From positions 19,964,001 to 20,028,000 of the forward strand of contig CM022672.1 in assembly GCA_012295275.1 (NCBI GenBank): a stretch of DNA of 64,000 nucleotides. The letters run 5' to 3'. This DNA comes from Chrysomallon squamiferum (taxonomy: Eukaryota > Animalia > Mollusca). Below the pieces are notes generated by a model that was not told the DNA's origin, did not search any database, and was given only the letters and a program-made list of their open reading frames with translations. Positions within the stretch are counted from its first letter, which is position 1; each line of letters starts with the position of its first letter. This document shows, one piece after another, positions 12,801-27,402 of the stretch. Made by a program: the position numbers and the translations under genes.

Positions 12801-14797
12801 CTACTTAATGAAATCATAAGTCCATGTATTAACTGAAATAATTGTATTTTACATATACAAAGACTTGTCATTTACATACCACTGTTTTTCCAGCACATAC
12901 TAATTAAAATGTAGTCAGCTTATCACTTTGGAAATTCGATTTTTAAACATTTATTTATTCTTTGTATGAAAAGTTCATTAAATGTTATTATTTAAGTCTA
13001 AACAAAAGTCTGAACAACAGTTACTTTGATAAATCAAAGATTTTCTATAATTTTTGCACATTCCGCGACTGTATTGTTTCTGTTATGAGTTAAAGCAACA
13101 GTGCTCTACCCTGTGGGTCTTTGCACAGGGATAGCATATGGCTGCATAGTGCAGGGTATTGAATTATTTCCTTTCGAATAAGCCTCTGTGTAAGAAGGAA
13201 AACGATGGCAGTGAAATTTGCCTGGCCAAGGCATGCCATTCCTCTGTTGAGTGTATGTACTGATACATGCATTGTACACCTCCTGGCACAGTTCCCTGCA
13301 TGGAACAACAAAAGGAATTTCCTGTCTTGTCTCCTTTGTACAGTATGGCATGTAAGTGCCACATAGGAAGAAACTTAGGTGTTCAGAACATCCTGACTGA
13401 ATCAATGGCTTGTACTGTTCCAGTTCTTTTTCCATTTCTCTCACTGATGACTGCAAATACATATTAGGGACTGAACCATATGTATATGGCTCCTTGTTGT
13501 CAGCACAGATAGATAGAGTATTTTTCTGGCATATCACATATTGCAGCCTTCTTTGCTTCTTTCTTTCTTTCGCTGGAGGGATACATCTTCTGGATCTTTC
13601 TGACAAGAGACTTGGACAGCGAAATCCATAGTTCACCCAAGGACGCCCCTGTCGTCTCATATCCAGTGAACAGGCATTTTTAGCTCGACGGCAGGTTTCT
13701 TTGCATGGAATTTGCACTTTTGTTGATCCAGGAGTGCACTTTGGTAAATACATCCCACATAGCAGTAGACGCAAGTTTGGTGAACATCCCATATCCATGT
13801 AGGGCCACCATGGCTGGAGTGCCCAGTAGACTTCATTCTGATTTTGGTGGCCATACTGATTAGGCATTCGGGTCATATTATATCCTACTAGCCCTTTGCA
13901 CATAGGGACTTCAACTGGTTCACATTGCGTATTTTGAGCAGCAGTGAAATACCTTCCATTGCAGATAACATCCAGAATCAGCAACACCAAAACTACTACA
14001 CCATCCATGGTGCCATGCACAAAGCTGTCTTTCTTCTTTCCACCAACCTGTTATATACTTTATAAAACAAACTTTTTATCAGACTGTTCAGTATCTTAAG
14101 TAAATGTCCTAGTTGTACATTGGTGGAGAATGTTTCATTCAACCTACAGAAAATTAAAGACATGTGTTTGGCCTGGTGCTTTGGTAATCAAATCTGACTT
14201 GGTGTTTTAGTTGCTTCCATTTGTTATAGGAGGGGTAAAAGATAATTTGGTTGGTCAGGGTCAGTTACTGCATGTTGCATGCTGGTGGCTATTAATGATG
14301 TTAGATTTGGCATGTGGCATTACAAGAACAGTTGCTGAGTTCATGACAAGCTATCTGTCTTGATAATTGGTTTTAATGGGCTACTTGTGTTTTAGTTCCT
14401 AGACCCTATCTTGAAGTGGCTAAAGCACCATTCAGATATTAAGTTAAAATCTAGACTTGAATAAGTCACTTATAGACACAAGATACTCTAATCTAATAAG
14501 ATGTCAGGTCTGTGCATGTAGGTTATCTATTAAATAGAATAACAGTTTGCTGATAACATTGTTTTGGTTAAATAGTGCATGTAACACATTGTATAATTAC
14601 ACATGTGAATTGTTGATAAAGACATTTTAAATATATTGTCATGTTATCTGCATGTTGTCGTTTGTACTAGACAGTTTTGGATTGTTTTATTTTTTATTAT
14701 TACATATAGTATGAACAAAATAAAAACACAGAAATTAAAAATGAAACTTTAATGTATTAACTAAAGGCATTTTGTACATGTATATGCAGGAATAATA

Positions 14798-14833
<36 letters not shown>

Positions 14834-17800
14834 TGTGTGTGTGTGTGTGTTATATACTTCCAAGAAAGAAATAGTCTTCAAAATATATCACTTTACAATC
14901 AAGTGAAAATAAGTCTATGTAAGGTAACAATACTTACAATGAAAATCTTTGTTGTTTTTTTTTTTTTTTTTTTTGTTTTTTTAAAAAAAAAAAAACATAG
15001 TACAGTTTAGGTCAGAATAATCTGGAGCAAATGTTCAATTGTTTTCAGAAAAGACTTTTATTTTATTTCATATTTCAAATGCCTAAGTTTATTGTACATT
15101 TTTATGTTGTAAAAGAAATAAAACCACTTTTTCCAATTTTATATATTCTGTTGTGTACATAGAGATGCAAATAATATTGTTAGCTTATTTCTAAAAGTAC
15201 AACATTCTTTTCACTGGAAATGTCTTTAAATTTAAATGTTTGCTTGGGCAATTTTATTTCATCGTTCAGTCAAAACATATTCTGATACCAGTACATTTTA
15301 ATTCTGATATATTGGCAAAACAAATGAAATAAATATGATTATATATAGTTAAATTTTAAGACACATTTTCAGATTCTAGTTTAGAAACTATTTCTTACAG
15401 TTATACAAAATAATTAAAATTTTGTTTAGCTATTAATCTTTTAATTCCTAGAAAAGAGTATAAAGCTTCAGTCAGAAAATTATATATCATGGATATGGAA
15501 TGATATTATATAGTGCCCAATCATTTACAAGTAGTATAATATAACTGTAAAGTAATACAGCCACATATTATAAATATTGTTTGAAGCAAAGTATATATTA
15601 ACTTTTATTCTATTAAATTTTTTTAAAAAAGGAAAAAATTATAAAGAGATGGAATAATTTATTTTATAAATAAAAAATGATACAAAATGTGTTAAAGAAT
15701 AAGCTTTAGAGGCAAATTCCAGTCCACATATGTAATGGGTGGAAAAAGGTTTTAAAATACATATAACAGATTTTAAATTACAAACATACATATATACAAA
15801 CAAATATTCTGAGAGAAGATAAGGGAAAGATTTAATTTTGTTGTTGTCAGATGAAACGAAAAAGCATTCAGTCTAGGGTAATTTGTGTATGCTTTGCCTT
15901 TTCTTTTACTCTGCATATGTTCACATATGTCGTATGGTTTATTGAAGTTTATCAAAGCATGATGAAAGCACTAGTTATTTTTGCACTTGCCCAGACTGAT
16001 AAATGTTTGAAGACTTCTTTTTTTTTTTTTTTTTTTTTTTCTATTTTAACTTTTTACTTTCTATTTATTTGTTTATTTATATTACAATTATTTTTATTTT
16101 TATTTGTGTTTGTATTTTAAAAAATAGTGCTTTAAAAATGCCAGTACCACTGTTTCTAAAACTTGTATAGGTTTCATTTTCATTTTGTAAATAAGGCCTT
16201 ATAATAGTTTTTTTTTTCACATCATTACTATTTCTAGGAGATTGGTGCGAAATTTTCAACCAAAGAAAAAAGAAGAAAATGAATATCAGTAAGTACAGAA
16301 AGTGGTATTCTTTACCACAGACATGAAACTTTTTATTATGTGAATTATTCTTAGTTCAAATTAATCCTTGAACATTTAAAAAAAAAAAAAAATGTGTGGT
16401 CTACTTCAGAACAAATGAAATTTTGCTTGTTTTTATTATTTTCTCCTTGGGCAGAATTTTTCAGGTTAGATGACATTACATTTGTAATTCATCATAATTT
16501 TACTTTAAGTATAAAAGATTTGTGGGTAATGATAGCTTTCGTAATCTGCCTTCAGTGTTTTAAAGTATGTTATAGAACATTTAATATGTGAAATAGAAAT
16601 ATAAGCAAGTACAAGGTGTGACAACTAATTGATTGAACTTTACTTCCTTTTTTTTTTTTTTAGCCTCAGGTTAGTGATAAATGTCAATGTTTAGTACAGA
16701 ATCGGTGGGAGAAAAATTCTGTAATCACTTTACTGTGTGGTATTAATGTGTTGTTGTTGTGTTTTTTTGTTTATTGGTTTTTTAATTATATACATCTTTG
16801 GTGTCATTGTTTTATATGTGTGATATTCAGCCATAAGCCAAGTTATAATTATTTTATTTAGTAGCAGCTGACTGAAAGATGTTGGCATTGCCTAATTAAC
16901 TATTTGTTTTTGCACACAAATGTATACATCAGCTGTAGGTTATATTTACATTCTTGCCTCTATAAATAGAGGCACATACACAAAAAAAGAAAAAGAAAAA
17001 GACATTTTGATCATTAACATGTTGACATATTTGGTGTGTCACAGAATAATTTATTTGAGGTGTTGGTATATAAAAACACAAGTAATGACTAGTTGCAAAA
17101 AATGTATGTATTCAGGTTAAACACAGAGATTAACACAAGTCTAGTATCTTTTTAAAAGTTGTACAAATTTGCCATAACCACAAGATATTCTCTTATTTAT
17201 TCCTTTTCATTTTTAGATTAACCATAAAGAAATTGAGGAAAAAGGAATATCTTCAATATAAGTTTTATTATGTGGACTGAACACATCTTAATACAAAGAT
17301 AGAAATGGTATTTTTTGTTTGGGATTGAAAGACAGAAGACAATAAGGTCATTGAATCAAATTATTTAATACATATATGTAGGTGGTAGTCTGACCAGTTT
17401 TGGGGAGAGAAAGAAACTACAAAAAATATTAAAGATCTTGGAAAACTGTTCATTCTTGCTCAAGATTTATTTGTATGTTTATTTTTAGATTTTCTTGGGC
17501 AAGGGCATTTGTTGACATGATCAAAGAGCTTCATGATTTGGCAGGCCAACATGAAGTAATAGCAGAAAACCTCCAAGGAACTGTTTCTAAAGATCTTCAG
17601 TCTCTCATATCTGAATTAAAACAGGAAAGAAGAAAGGTTTGAAATGAAGGTCAAATTTAGAATGTACAGTTAGTCTTCTGCAGTTATGACTTCTTAAAAT
17701 ACAATACAAAATTCCCTTCCTTCCAATGACCACTCAAAACTGCAGTATATATTATTTTGAATGTTGATGTGTGAATGAACTACTAATTTAGTTATTGAAT

Positions 17801-20800
17801 TAAGTAATAATTGATATTAAAAATAAAATGGATATTAATAAAATTACAGTATTAAGTTTAAATAATAATAATTGAAGAAAATGTTTTTATAATTGAATAT
17901 ATATATATATATAAGTGGCATCAGGATAAAAGTTTATATTTTAGAGTATTCTTTTTATTTCCCTTGTCTTCTTAACTGGTTATTAAATTAAAAATATATT
18001 GCAGAAATTCAATGTTTTTTTTTGTTGTTGTTTTTTTTCTTCTTATAGCATTTAGCAGAAGGGTCAAAACTGCAGGAACAGTTACAGAAATCAATCAGTG
18101 CATTAGAAAGGGTAACCAGAATAAATCAACAAAATACTTTTATAATTCTAACTTTTTATAAATCTTTAATTATGAAGGCCTAAATTTCAAAATAAATAAT
18201 TTTTGCAATCACCATTCTTGTGAAATGATGATTAAAGTTTCTTTTTTATCCAGTGAATGACGAATTCAGTTTGCATGTCTGTAAAAAAAAAAAAAAAATA
18301 GACAGTTTGTGCTGACAGATGTTTTTAATTTTTTAAGATTTGCTTTTAATATTATAAATAATAACTTTAATAATTCATAACTTAAAGCAGCATTTTTTTG
18401 TTGTTGTTATTAAACTTTTTATAAATTGGGTAGGGAAAGTGATGTCTCAAATCTGAATGATGTACTTCACTGATTAGTTTGTAGTTACTGTTAAACATGA
18501 ATCATGCTGCTATGAAACTAAAGACGCTGACAGTGAAAAACTGCATTATTCACAACAAACTGATGTCTTAACTGTTGAAACAATAACAGTTTTAGTCTCT
18601 GTTGTTGTGTAGTCCATTAATTCAAATTTCTTATATTCTGGGTAGTTGATAACTCAGAATTATTTTTTCTTACCTTCTGTGGAACTTCTGTTAGTTTAGA
18701 AAATATGCTACATTTCAGGCTAAACGTCAGTATGAACGGGCATTCAAAGAATCAGAAAAAGCTTTGGAGAACTACAGAAAAGCAGATGCTGATATTAATC
18801 TATCTCGGGCAGAAGTGGAAAAAGTAAGCATAAATTTATGAAAATAACCATGCATTCGAATATTTCTTAAATAGGTAATGTTAATTTTTCTTTTCCTTTT
18901 TTTTTCTTTCTTTTTCTTTTTAAATTTTTTTCCCTTCTTTCTTTCTTTCTTTTTTTTTTCTTTCTGTCTTTCTTTCTTTGTTTATTTTTTATTATTTTTT
19001 TAATTTATTTAATTTATTATTTTTTTTATTATTATTATTAATACTTTTTTCTTTCTTTTAATAGTGTTACAAGATTAGTATATATTTTTGTAATAGTTCA
19101 CAAAAGTTTTTTCAAATGAACTTCAGAATTTATTCAAAATTTATTATATACAAAAATTATACTAATTCTTGTTTGTTTTTATCCTTTTGGGGTTTTCCTT
19201 ACATAGACCAAATAAGAATAAGTTACTTTCTTGATATTCAAAATACTATTTAAATTGTGAACAATTTTCTTCAGGATATCAATTTGTTAAAGCTGAAAGC
19301 TGAAAAAGTAAGAAGCCATTTGAACCCTATTTATGATCAAAATATATTTTAAATGCTTCATTTCCTTCCCCACTCATAAAATATAATTATTTTACCAAGT
19401 TCTAAAACAAAATGTTAATTTCATTCCAAAAGAAAATTGTTTACCAAGTGAAAAGAATATTGCATAATTAAAATAGTACATTACCAGTGTCCCTTATACA
19501 TGATACCTTAAAGCTTATTCAAGTCGAGAACCTCTCACCAATTCCACAATGCAAAACCAAGTTGTTTTATAAATTACTTAGCAGTCATTTTTCAATGGCC
19601 AATATACCTTCCCAGTTAAAACTGACTTTTATTGACAAAAATGATGTACTGTTAATAGAATTCAAATGTAATTTTAAACATTTAATAATGGTCTTCCTCT
19701 TATTGTTTCATATATTTTTTTATTTTTCTTATTTTTCTTTATTTATTTTTTCTTTATTTATTTTTTATAACATTCCATATTGAAAAATTGTTTTACAAAC
19801 CAGATTCACAGCATTTTCTTAATGCAAGAATCAGGGTCTGTTAAAAATTATATCTGATTGTAGACTCAAAATGTATTGTTCACTAACCAATATCCAGTTA
19901 TTATAAAATTTTAAAATATTAATGCACTTTTTATTATTATTGTTATTATTATTATTATTATTATTCTGAAAAGATAGTTCTTTTTTTTTTTTTACCTGAA
20001 TGGAACTAATAAAAATCATAATTTTTTTTTTGATATACCTAACTTATGGCAGTTCCTTTGGAGCAGAAGCTTAGTTACAATACATTTGATTACAGTATCA
20101 TTATTGAAAAGTCTTGTTCAAGTTTTGTTATAGGATCTTTTTGATTTCTGGGATTAGATTTTTTTTCTACAGTGTTTGATTAAAATCTTTTATAATAAAA
20201 CTATTGAATTCTCTGTAAAATTATGTCAAAACAACTTTCCTGCTTGATGCATTAACATGTATTCCAAATGCTTTGTTATTCATATGATGATTAAAGCAAA
20301 TCCCTAATTATGACATATTGTTTCCTTGATTAATTCACATATAAATAAAACACGTATTTCAAATACACTGCTGTGAGCCTTAATTGTTGTTACAGAATAC
20401 ATTTCAGATACATAATAGTTTAATAGTTTAAACTTTATTTCTTTTTATATTATTATGTAATTTCCATTTTTCCAATACTGGTTTTGTCACTATTTAATTT
20501 TTTTGTTTTATTTATTTATATTTATTTTTTACAATTGCTTTTTAATAAATATTTTTTGTATCATTGGTAAAGCTGAATTAGGTAAAATTACTAACCAGTT
20601 TGCTATCATTTCTGTTAGTAGTTACTTTTCACCTGCTGGTAACTGGCTGTTTGTATGCTATTAAATAATCTGATTTTAATTATTCCAGTACCGACTTACT
20701 ATGAACACAAAGGCCACACAGTGTGAAGAAAGTAAAAATGAATATGCTGCAACACTGCAGACCACCAACCAGTTTCAGAGAGAATATTATACAATACTTA

Positions 20801-23800
20801 TGCCAAAAGTTTTTCAGGTTTGTTCTTCACAGATATTATCTTTGTATTCATATACAAAAAAAAAACTTTTCATTTAATTATTTTGTCTTTTTTTTTTTAT
20901 TACATGATTTTATGTATTTGTGTGTGGTGTTAGAAATATGTTTAGCCAGTATTAATTAGGTTTTCATATATTAAGTATGTAGGATTTGAAAAAAAATGAG
21001 CATTGTTGTGTTTGTGCTTCTTTTGAATATTAGTGCTACAAGGGAGATAAACTGATAAATTTGAATCTAGAATAATATTTTTTTTTTTTTTTTTTTTTTA
21101 TTATATACTAAAGCTGTATATTTAACATCTTGTCAGTTTATTAAGTAGGTAGTTAGTTATTAACTTGTTAATCTTTCCATTGGAAAGAAACACTTTTGTT
21201 TTTTCCAGAGTTATTCTTATGCCTGAATAATTCCCCCAGTTTATGGTTTTGGACACAAAAATTGCATTCAGTGCATTTCATTCACTTATCTCACTTGTTT
21301 GTTTGTTGTTGATATCAGGATCTGCAAGACATAGACGAAAAAAGAATTAACAAAATCCAAGAGTTTATAGGACAGTGTGCCAATACCGAGCGAAATGTGA
21401 TACCAATTATCAACACTTGCATTGAGGGCATGAATAAAGCTGCAAAATCAATTAATGCCAAGGAGGTAAGATTATTCATGACACTGCAGCATTATTTTGT
21501 GTTATCAGAAAATTGTTTATCCAGACAACCTGTTGATAGGAAATCTGTGTCACATACTGACCATCAGAAATGATTAATGAGGTCAAGATGCAGTGCAGGG
21601 CCAGCTAGGGACAGTGGGATATAGATGCCATTAAATGTTATTAATTTAGGTACATTATCTTTTAATAAGAATATTATCTTTTGATACTGGAATCTGTATA
21701 TAATGGTTCTGTATTTTGTGCTAGGATTTTTGTATATTTTATTTTATTTATTTTTTTTGGTTTTTGGTTTTTTTCTTCAATATTTTAGTTAAAACAAACA
21801 TAAAACCTTAGTCTTTTAAACATTTACAATCATGTGAACGAAACAAATCATATTTATCTAATAGGAATATGTACAGATCAAGAAAATTGGTTTTCTGTAG
21901 TTCGTTATTTATTTATTTATTTATTATTATTATTATTATTTTTAAATATCAATTTGTGCGCTTAAACATTTGTGTTTGTTGACATTTGCAGGATTCAAAA
22001 TCAGTGATAGCACGATACAAGTCAGGCTATTCTATACCAGAGGACATTCCATTTGAAGATTTGAGTGTTGCACAAACTAATGAGAATAATCACACAGCGC
22101 CTAAACAAAAAACACCCTCAGATAAAAACACACTGAAGTCATCCACTATCTCTGGCAGACAAAAAGGCAGAAAAGGCCTTTTTGGCATTTTCAGTGGATC
22201 CAAAGTGAGTATTGAATCAGTGAAAGAAAAAAAATACATATATATCTATATACAGTATATTAATGTTGTTATTATTAATTTGTTTTTCCTGATTTATCCA
22301 TCTGTTCAGAAAACAAAAAAGCTGAAAGATATTTTATTGTTTGTGCATTCTAAAAGAAAACGTATTTTTTTAAGGGGTTTAGTTAGAGGACTGGTAGGAT
22401 GGTAGACAGCCTGAGTGGGTTCAATTTAAATAAAATACCTTTGTGATTATAATTTGTATTGTAAACGTCATTGTTATTACTGTTATATCTAGGTTTTAAA
22501 ACATAATTAATACTGGTACTAATTTTGAAAATATTTCTTTTTTGTTAGCTTCACATGTGTTTTGTTTTGTCATGACGTCTCTCTGTATGTGTATTCCTGT
22601 AACATAATCAGTCGTAGGTTTGATTTACGACTTTCTGATATATTATTAGTAAACTTTCTTTTAGTGTTACTTTTATTCTAGGGATGAAGCTAGGTATAGT
22701 ATATTTACTGTTATATCGAGCTGTCATTTTATTCTTTTTTAATTTCTAACAGATGAAAAATTAATAATTAAAAAAATAATTGGGTTTTTAGTATCGTTTC
22801 TGTTTGAGGAGGGAGACAAGGTGTTGTAGAGTATATGAAAATCAGAAGATCAAAGAAAGGGCATGATTGTTTCAGATTGTTTGTTCCTAATGTAAAGAAG
22901 TCAGTGTAATACAAGTTTTAATTTGAGAGTAATTAAACAACATAAAATTAGAACATTTTAGCTGTATTAAAGAAACAGATTGTTCCATTTTTGAAACTAT
23001 AATATACTGATGCTTGTCAGATTATTATTTCTGTGTCTGGAAGAAAACAGTGTTCTATTTGATATTTATAAATTCATTGTCTCATATTTTCTCTACATCA
23101 TCATTTTTTTTTATTTAATGCTTATTTAATAATGGTTAAAATTCATTAAGCTATTCATATTTCATCTTTCTTCCCCTCGCAATCATCCGGCATCAGAAAC
23201 ATTCACAGGTCTGTGGAATATCATACATGTGTATATTTATATGTCTGTGTATTGTTATCTTGTAAGTCTTCCTTAACATGTAAAATCACTTTTAACTCAC
23301 AAGCGGTGAATTCTTCTGTAGTATGTAACTGTTATCTTATAAAAAAAATGTGTCCTTTTATCCTTTTATTATTATTATTATTATTATTATTAGAAACTAC
23401 TAATATTCTTAGTTCTGTGCATGAACAATTTAAAAACAAAGCACATAATGCAAATCTGCACGTTCTCTCCTTCACATATGCCCAATTGGAGACATTTTAA
23501 AGTAACTGTGCAGTGTTTTGATATAATTAGAAAAAAAATGATATTGTTAATTAAATACAATTTTTTTTTTTTTTTTTTTATAATTGGATAATAAAAAATT
23601 ATATTCACACTATGTGCACTGTTTCTGATTTATTGAAAATTATTGTTTGTATACTTAGATAGTAACTACAAGAATTTTTCTTTTTATTTTTTCTCCCCCA
23701 CCCACTTTAAGCCTTTTAAATAAAACTTTTTTTTTTTTTTTTATATATATATATATATATATATAAAGGTTCAAATTTTAATAATAATACCAAACCTTTC

Positions 23801-25219
23801 TTCATATTTGTTAGAACTTTACTCTTATGGATTTCATAATAAACCGATGTTGAGGAAGACTTATACAAATTTTCTTAAGTTGATCACTGTTGTTTTGTAC
23901 ACTGTCGTTATGGCATTTAGTAGAATATTTTATAAAACTGATTTTTGTTTTACTTTTCTCCAAGATCATTGGACTCTTGGTACGTAGCGTGTTTGCTCAT
24001 TTTTTGACATGTGTTCACTGGACGCTTACAGTGGTGCATTTTCTCCCTTGTAGCTGAATTTAGTTCCATTTGGTTCTTAGTTTGCTTTTCGCATTTTGTT
24101 TTCAGTTATTTATTAGGTAATTTTATTTTGTGTGGTATTTTTTTATTTTTTATTTTGCAGTCCATTCAACTTATTTTATAGACTTTGTCTGTTGTGAAAT
24201 TAAATGTCTGTTTATAGCAGTCAGCTTATTTTCATTTAATGGAAGTTTCGGAATGTTTATCTGTTCAGTCCAAATAATGATTTTTTTTTTTTATTAATTA
24301 TTATAATTATTATTATTTTTTTTTTTTTCATTTTTAAAAAAATTACATAAATCACTTTTCCAAATAAATATTACTTTTTTTTTTTAAATCAGATGGTTGG
24401 ATGATGCTTGAATATATATTCTAATGTCAGTATGTTTAAATGTTCTTTGTTCAAGATTTGGTTATACATTCTTTCATCTTTGTTAAACCAGTACATATAG
24501 TTCCTATCATTTGGGGGGGGGGTTGGAGGGTCATTTTTTTTTTTTTTTTTTTTTTTTTTTCCATATTTGATGATACTTGGAAATGTATTTGATGTAATTT
24601 TTATCAAAATAATGTATCCTACCTAGAAAGAATCTATACCCTGGCAGCTAACTGATAATTGTTCACATAACTTGCATTGTAAAGTTGTTTTTAGATTTGT
24701 GCCCCTTGTTTCCTGCATGATTCTTCATTTCTTCACGTAGAATAAATAATTGATAAAACCAATGCACCTTGGTCATGGTCTGGAATGTTCGGAAAATTCA
24801 GTTGTAGTAGATCTTTAGTGTGTTTTCTAGCTTTGTTTTCAGTTGTTTAAAATAAAACTGAATATACCTTTCATTATTTTTATTTAAAGAAAACATATTC
24901 ATTTTATGTTGGGTTTTTTTGTTGTTTTTTATTATTATTATGTGCATAAACATATATATTTAGCATTTAATGATTTAACTTTTTTAATTATAATTTTTAT
25001 TTAAAAAAATAAAAATAAAAAATGTTTATATATAAATATGAAAAGCTTGATTTTTTAAAGCTTTATTTGTCCTATTATGCATGGCATGATCCTGATATTT
25101 ATTTAGATGTTATAAATCTAAAATGCAGCTTTAATGTATCTTAAATATTTTTAAACATTTGACTCCAGGATTTTTGTCCCTTTTTTTATTTAATTTTTTT
25201 ATATTTACTATCTTTTTTT

Positions 25220-25253
<34 letters not shown>

Positions 25254-27361
25254 GTCAATATGCAAATTATTAAACAGTCGAGTTTAGAAAACTTTTTTTT
25301 TTTTAATTTAATATAATTTGACAGTTCTGTCATAGAACATGAATTCTATTATATTTTAGGGTATGAACAATTAGTGAAGTAATAGCTAAGACCTATTAAG
25401 AATAGTCATTGATTATACTTTTTTTTGGTCTAATTGTTCCAAAAATTAACATAAACTGGAAAGTATAATTGGTTCCTATTTTTATTGCTATCACTGCAGT
25501 TATTTATGTTTTGGAAAAAGTATAAAATATAAATTACTATGAATAATAATTTGGGAGGACAGCAACAAGACTGTTTTTGGGAACAGCCTTACGGTATCTG
25601 TATCCTATTGGACATGATTGTGAAATTTATATGTGTATAGTTATTATCTCAAGATTTTTATTAAACGTGATTTTAATTGTATTATAAATTGTTTCAGCAG
25701 ACCGATAACCAGAATGAAGACTTCAGTGATCTTCCGCCTAATCAGCGAAGGCGGAAGTTACAGTCTAAGATTGATAACATAAAGAAAGATATGGCAAAGG
25801 AACATGCTGAAAGGTGAGTGCTTGTGGGACAGAGGTACATAACACACATATTCACACATACACAATAAATAACTGAAATTTTCTGTTCCGCTTATGATGT
25901 ATGTAGTATGTTACCACTGTATAGGATTTGTTTTGTTTGCTTTCTTTCAAATTACAGAAAAAGAAAAGAAAAAATATGTACCGAAAATGCTTTTTTAAAT
26001 ATTTGAAAGAAAGGTCAGCTTCTCAGAGATTCTGTTAAGAAACTTACTAATTTTATGAATGGAACATTTAAAAAAAAAGAATTAAAGATATTTAATAACT
26101 GAAAGAATTGACATCTTAGTTACTACTTTTAACAGTTGTAAAAACTGTAAAGCATTCTCCACAATAAATTCTGTATTTGCTTTGAAAAGTAGCATTTATT
26201 TCTTACTCATCTGTAAATGTATTTTTAATCTGTAGAGAGGGCATGTTAAAGATGAGAGATGTTTATGCAAGTAACACAGCTTTAGGAGATCCCAGCTCAC
26301 TCGATAAAAAGATTGAGGAAAATGCTCAGAAGATAGATGCATTGCGTCATGAACTTCAGAAATTTGAGGTGAATTTTAAACATGTTTAATACATGTCACA
26401 AAGTACTTTTTTCATAAAAGTTTCATTTCTTGATTGATTATTTTTGAAAGTCATGTTTAGAAACATGATTTACAATTGTGTTTTTAGATTTTATATTATG
26501 ATCACTGTATTGTTTCAGTCATACTTAGCAGACTGCGATGGCAAACATCGTCGACATAGTGCTTCAGATGATTCCCTGTCACAGAGCATGTCTGAGGGAA
26601 GTGTCCATATAGCGCACATACAAGATCAAGACCAGAAACAGCCAGAGTCCAGTCCAAACACATATCAGTAAGCTTTCAACATCTGTTTCAATTTTCAAAA
26701 ATCAACCATCAGAGGCAGCTTAACATCACCAAATTAGTTTATAACAGATTTTTTTTTTTTTTCAAAATATTATAGCCTGTTAAATTTATTTCTGCACAGA
26801 TTATTTGTTTAGTAATTTAATCCAAATATTAATTTCTTAACCTTATTTATTTCAAAATATTATGTTTATCAGTTAATTAAAAAATTTATGTAGATTAATT
26901 TATTCAGAACTTAGTACATTTATTCAGTCTACAGTTATGAGCAGTTAATTAAGTGTTTACCACAAATGATAAAAAATATTATACGTAAAGATAAAATAAC
27001 TCTTCTGAATTTTGAAAGTCATGCTCTGCTTTAGAACTGATTTCAGTTTGTAACATTTGCTACAAAATTAAAATGTGAAATCATTCATGTAATAAATTTT
27101 GTAGAAGAGTAATGATGCTTATCAAATATTGATTTCTTTACAACTGATCTATTTACAGAGCCGTGGAAGGTGATTTTACAGATGGTGATGAATTTGATAA
27201 TTTTACTGTGATTGGAACTTGTCATGCAATGTATCCATTTGATGGTTTGTACATTTAATATCAATAATTTGATGTTATGTGTTCCTATAAGATTTTATTT
27301 TTTATTATTTTTTTTTAATGGAACTCACATCTTCATAGTTTCATTTTTTCAATGCAAAATT

Positions 27362-27402
<41 letters not shown>

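Noticed and set aside
14009-14020. GTG start for the double-CRD ORF given by the ORF track
   Set aside because: In a eukaryotic gene the ATG at 14008, with ideal Kozak context directly before the signal peptide, is the better start.
22682-22693. 12-nt AG/GT-flanked segment in F-BAR intron 9
   Set aside because: It reads GGA TGA (stop) in the required phase and the donor GTATAG is weak. It could only be a poison exon, with no further support.
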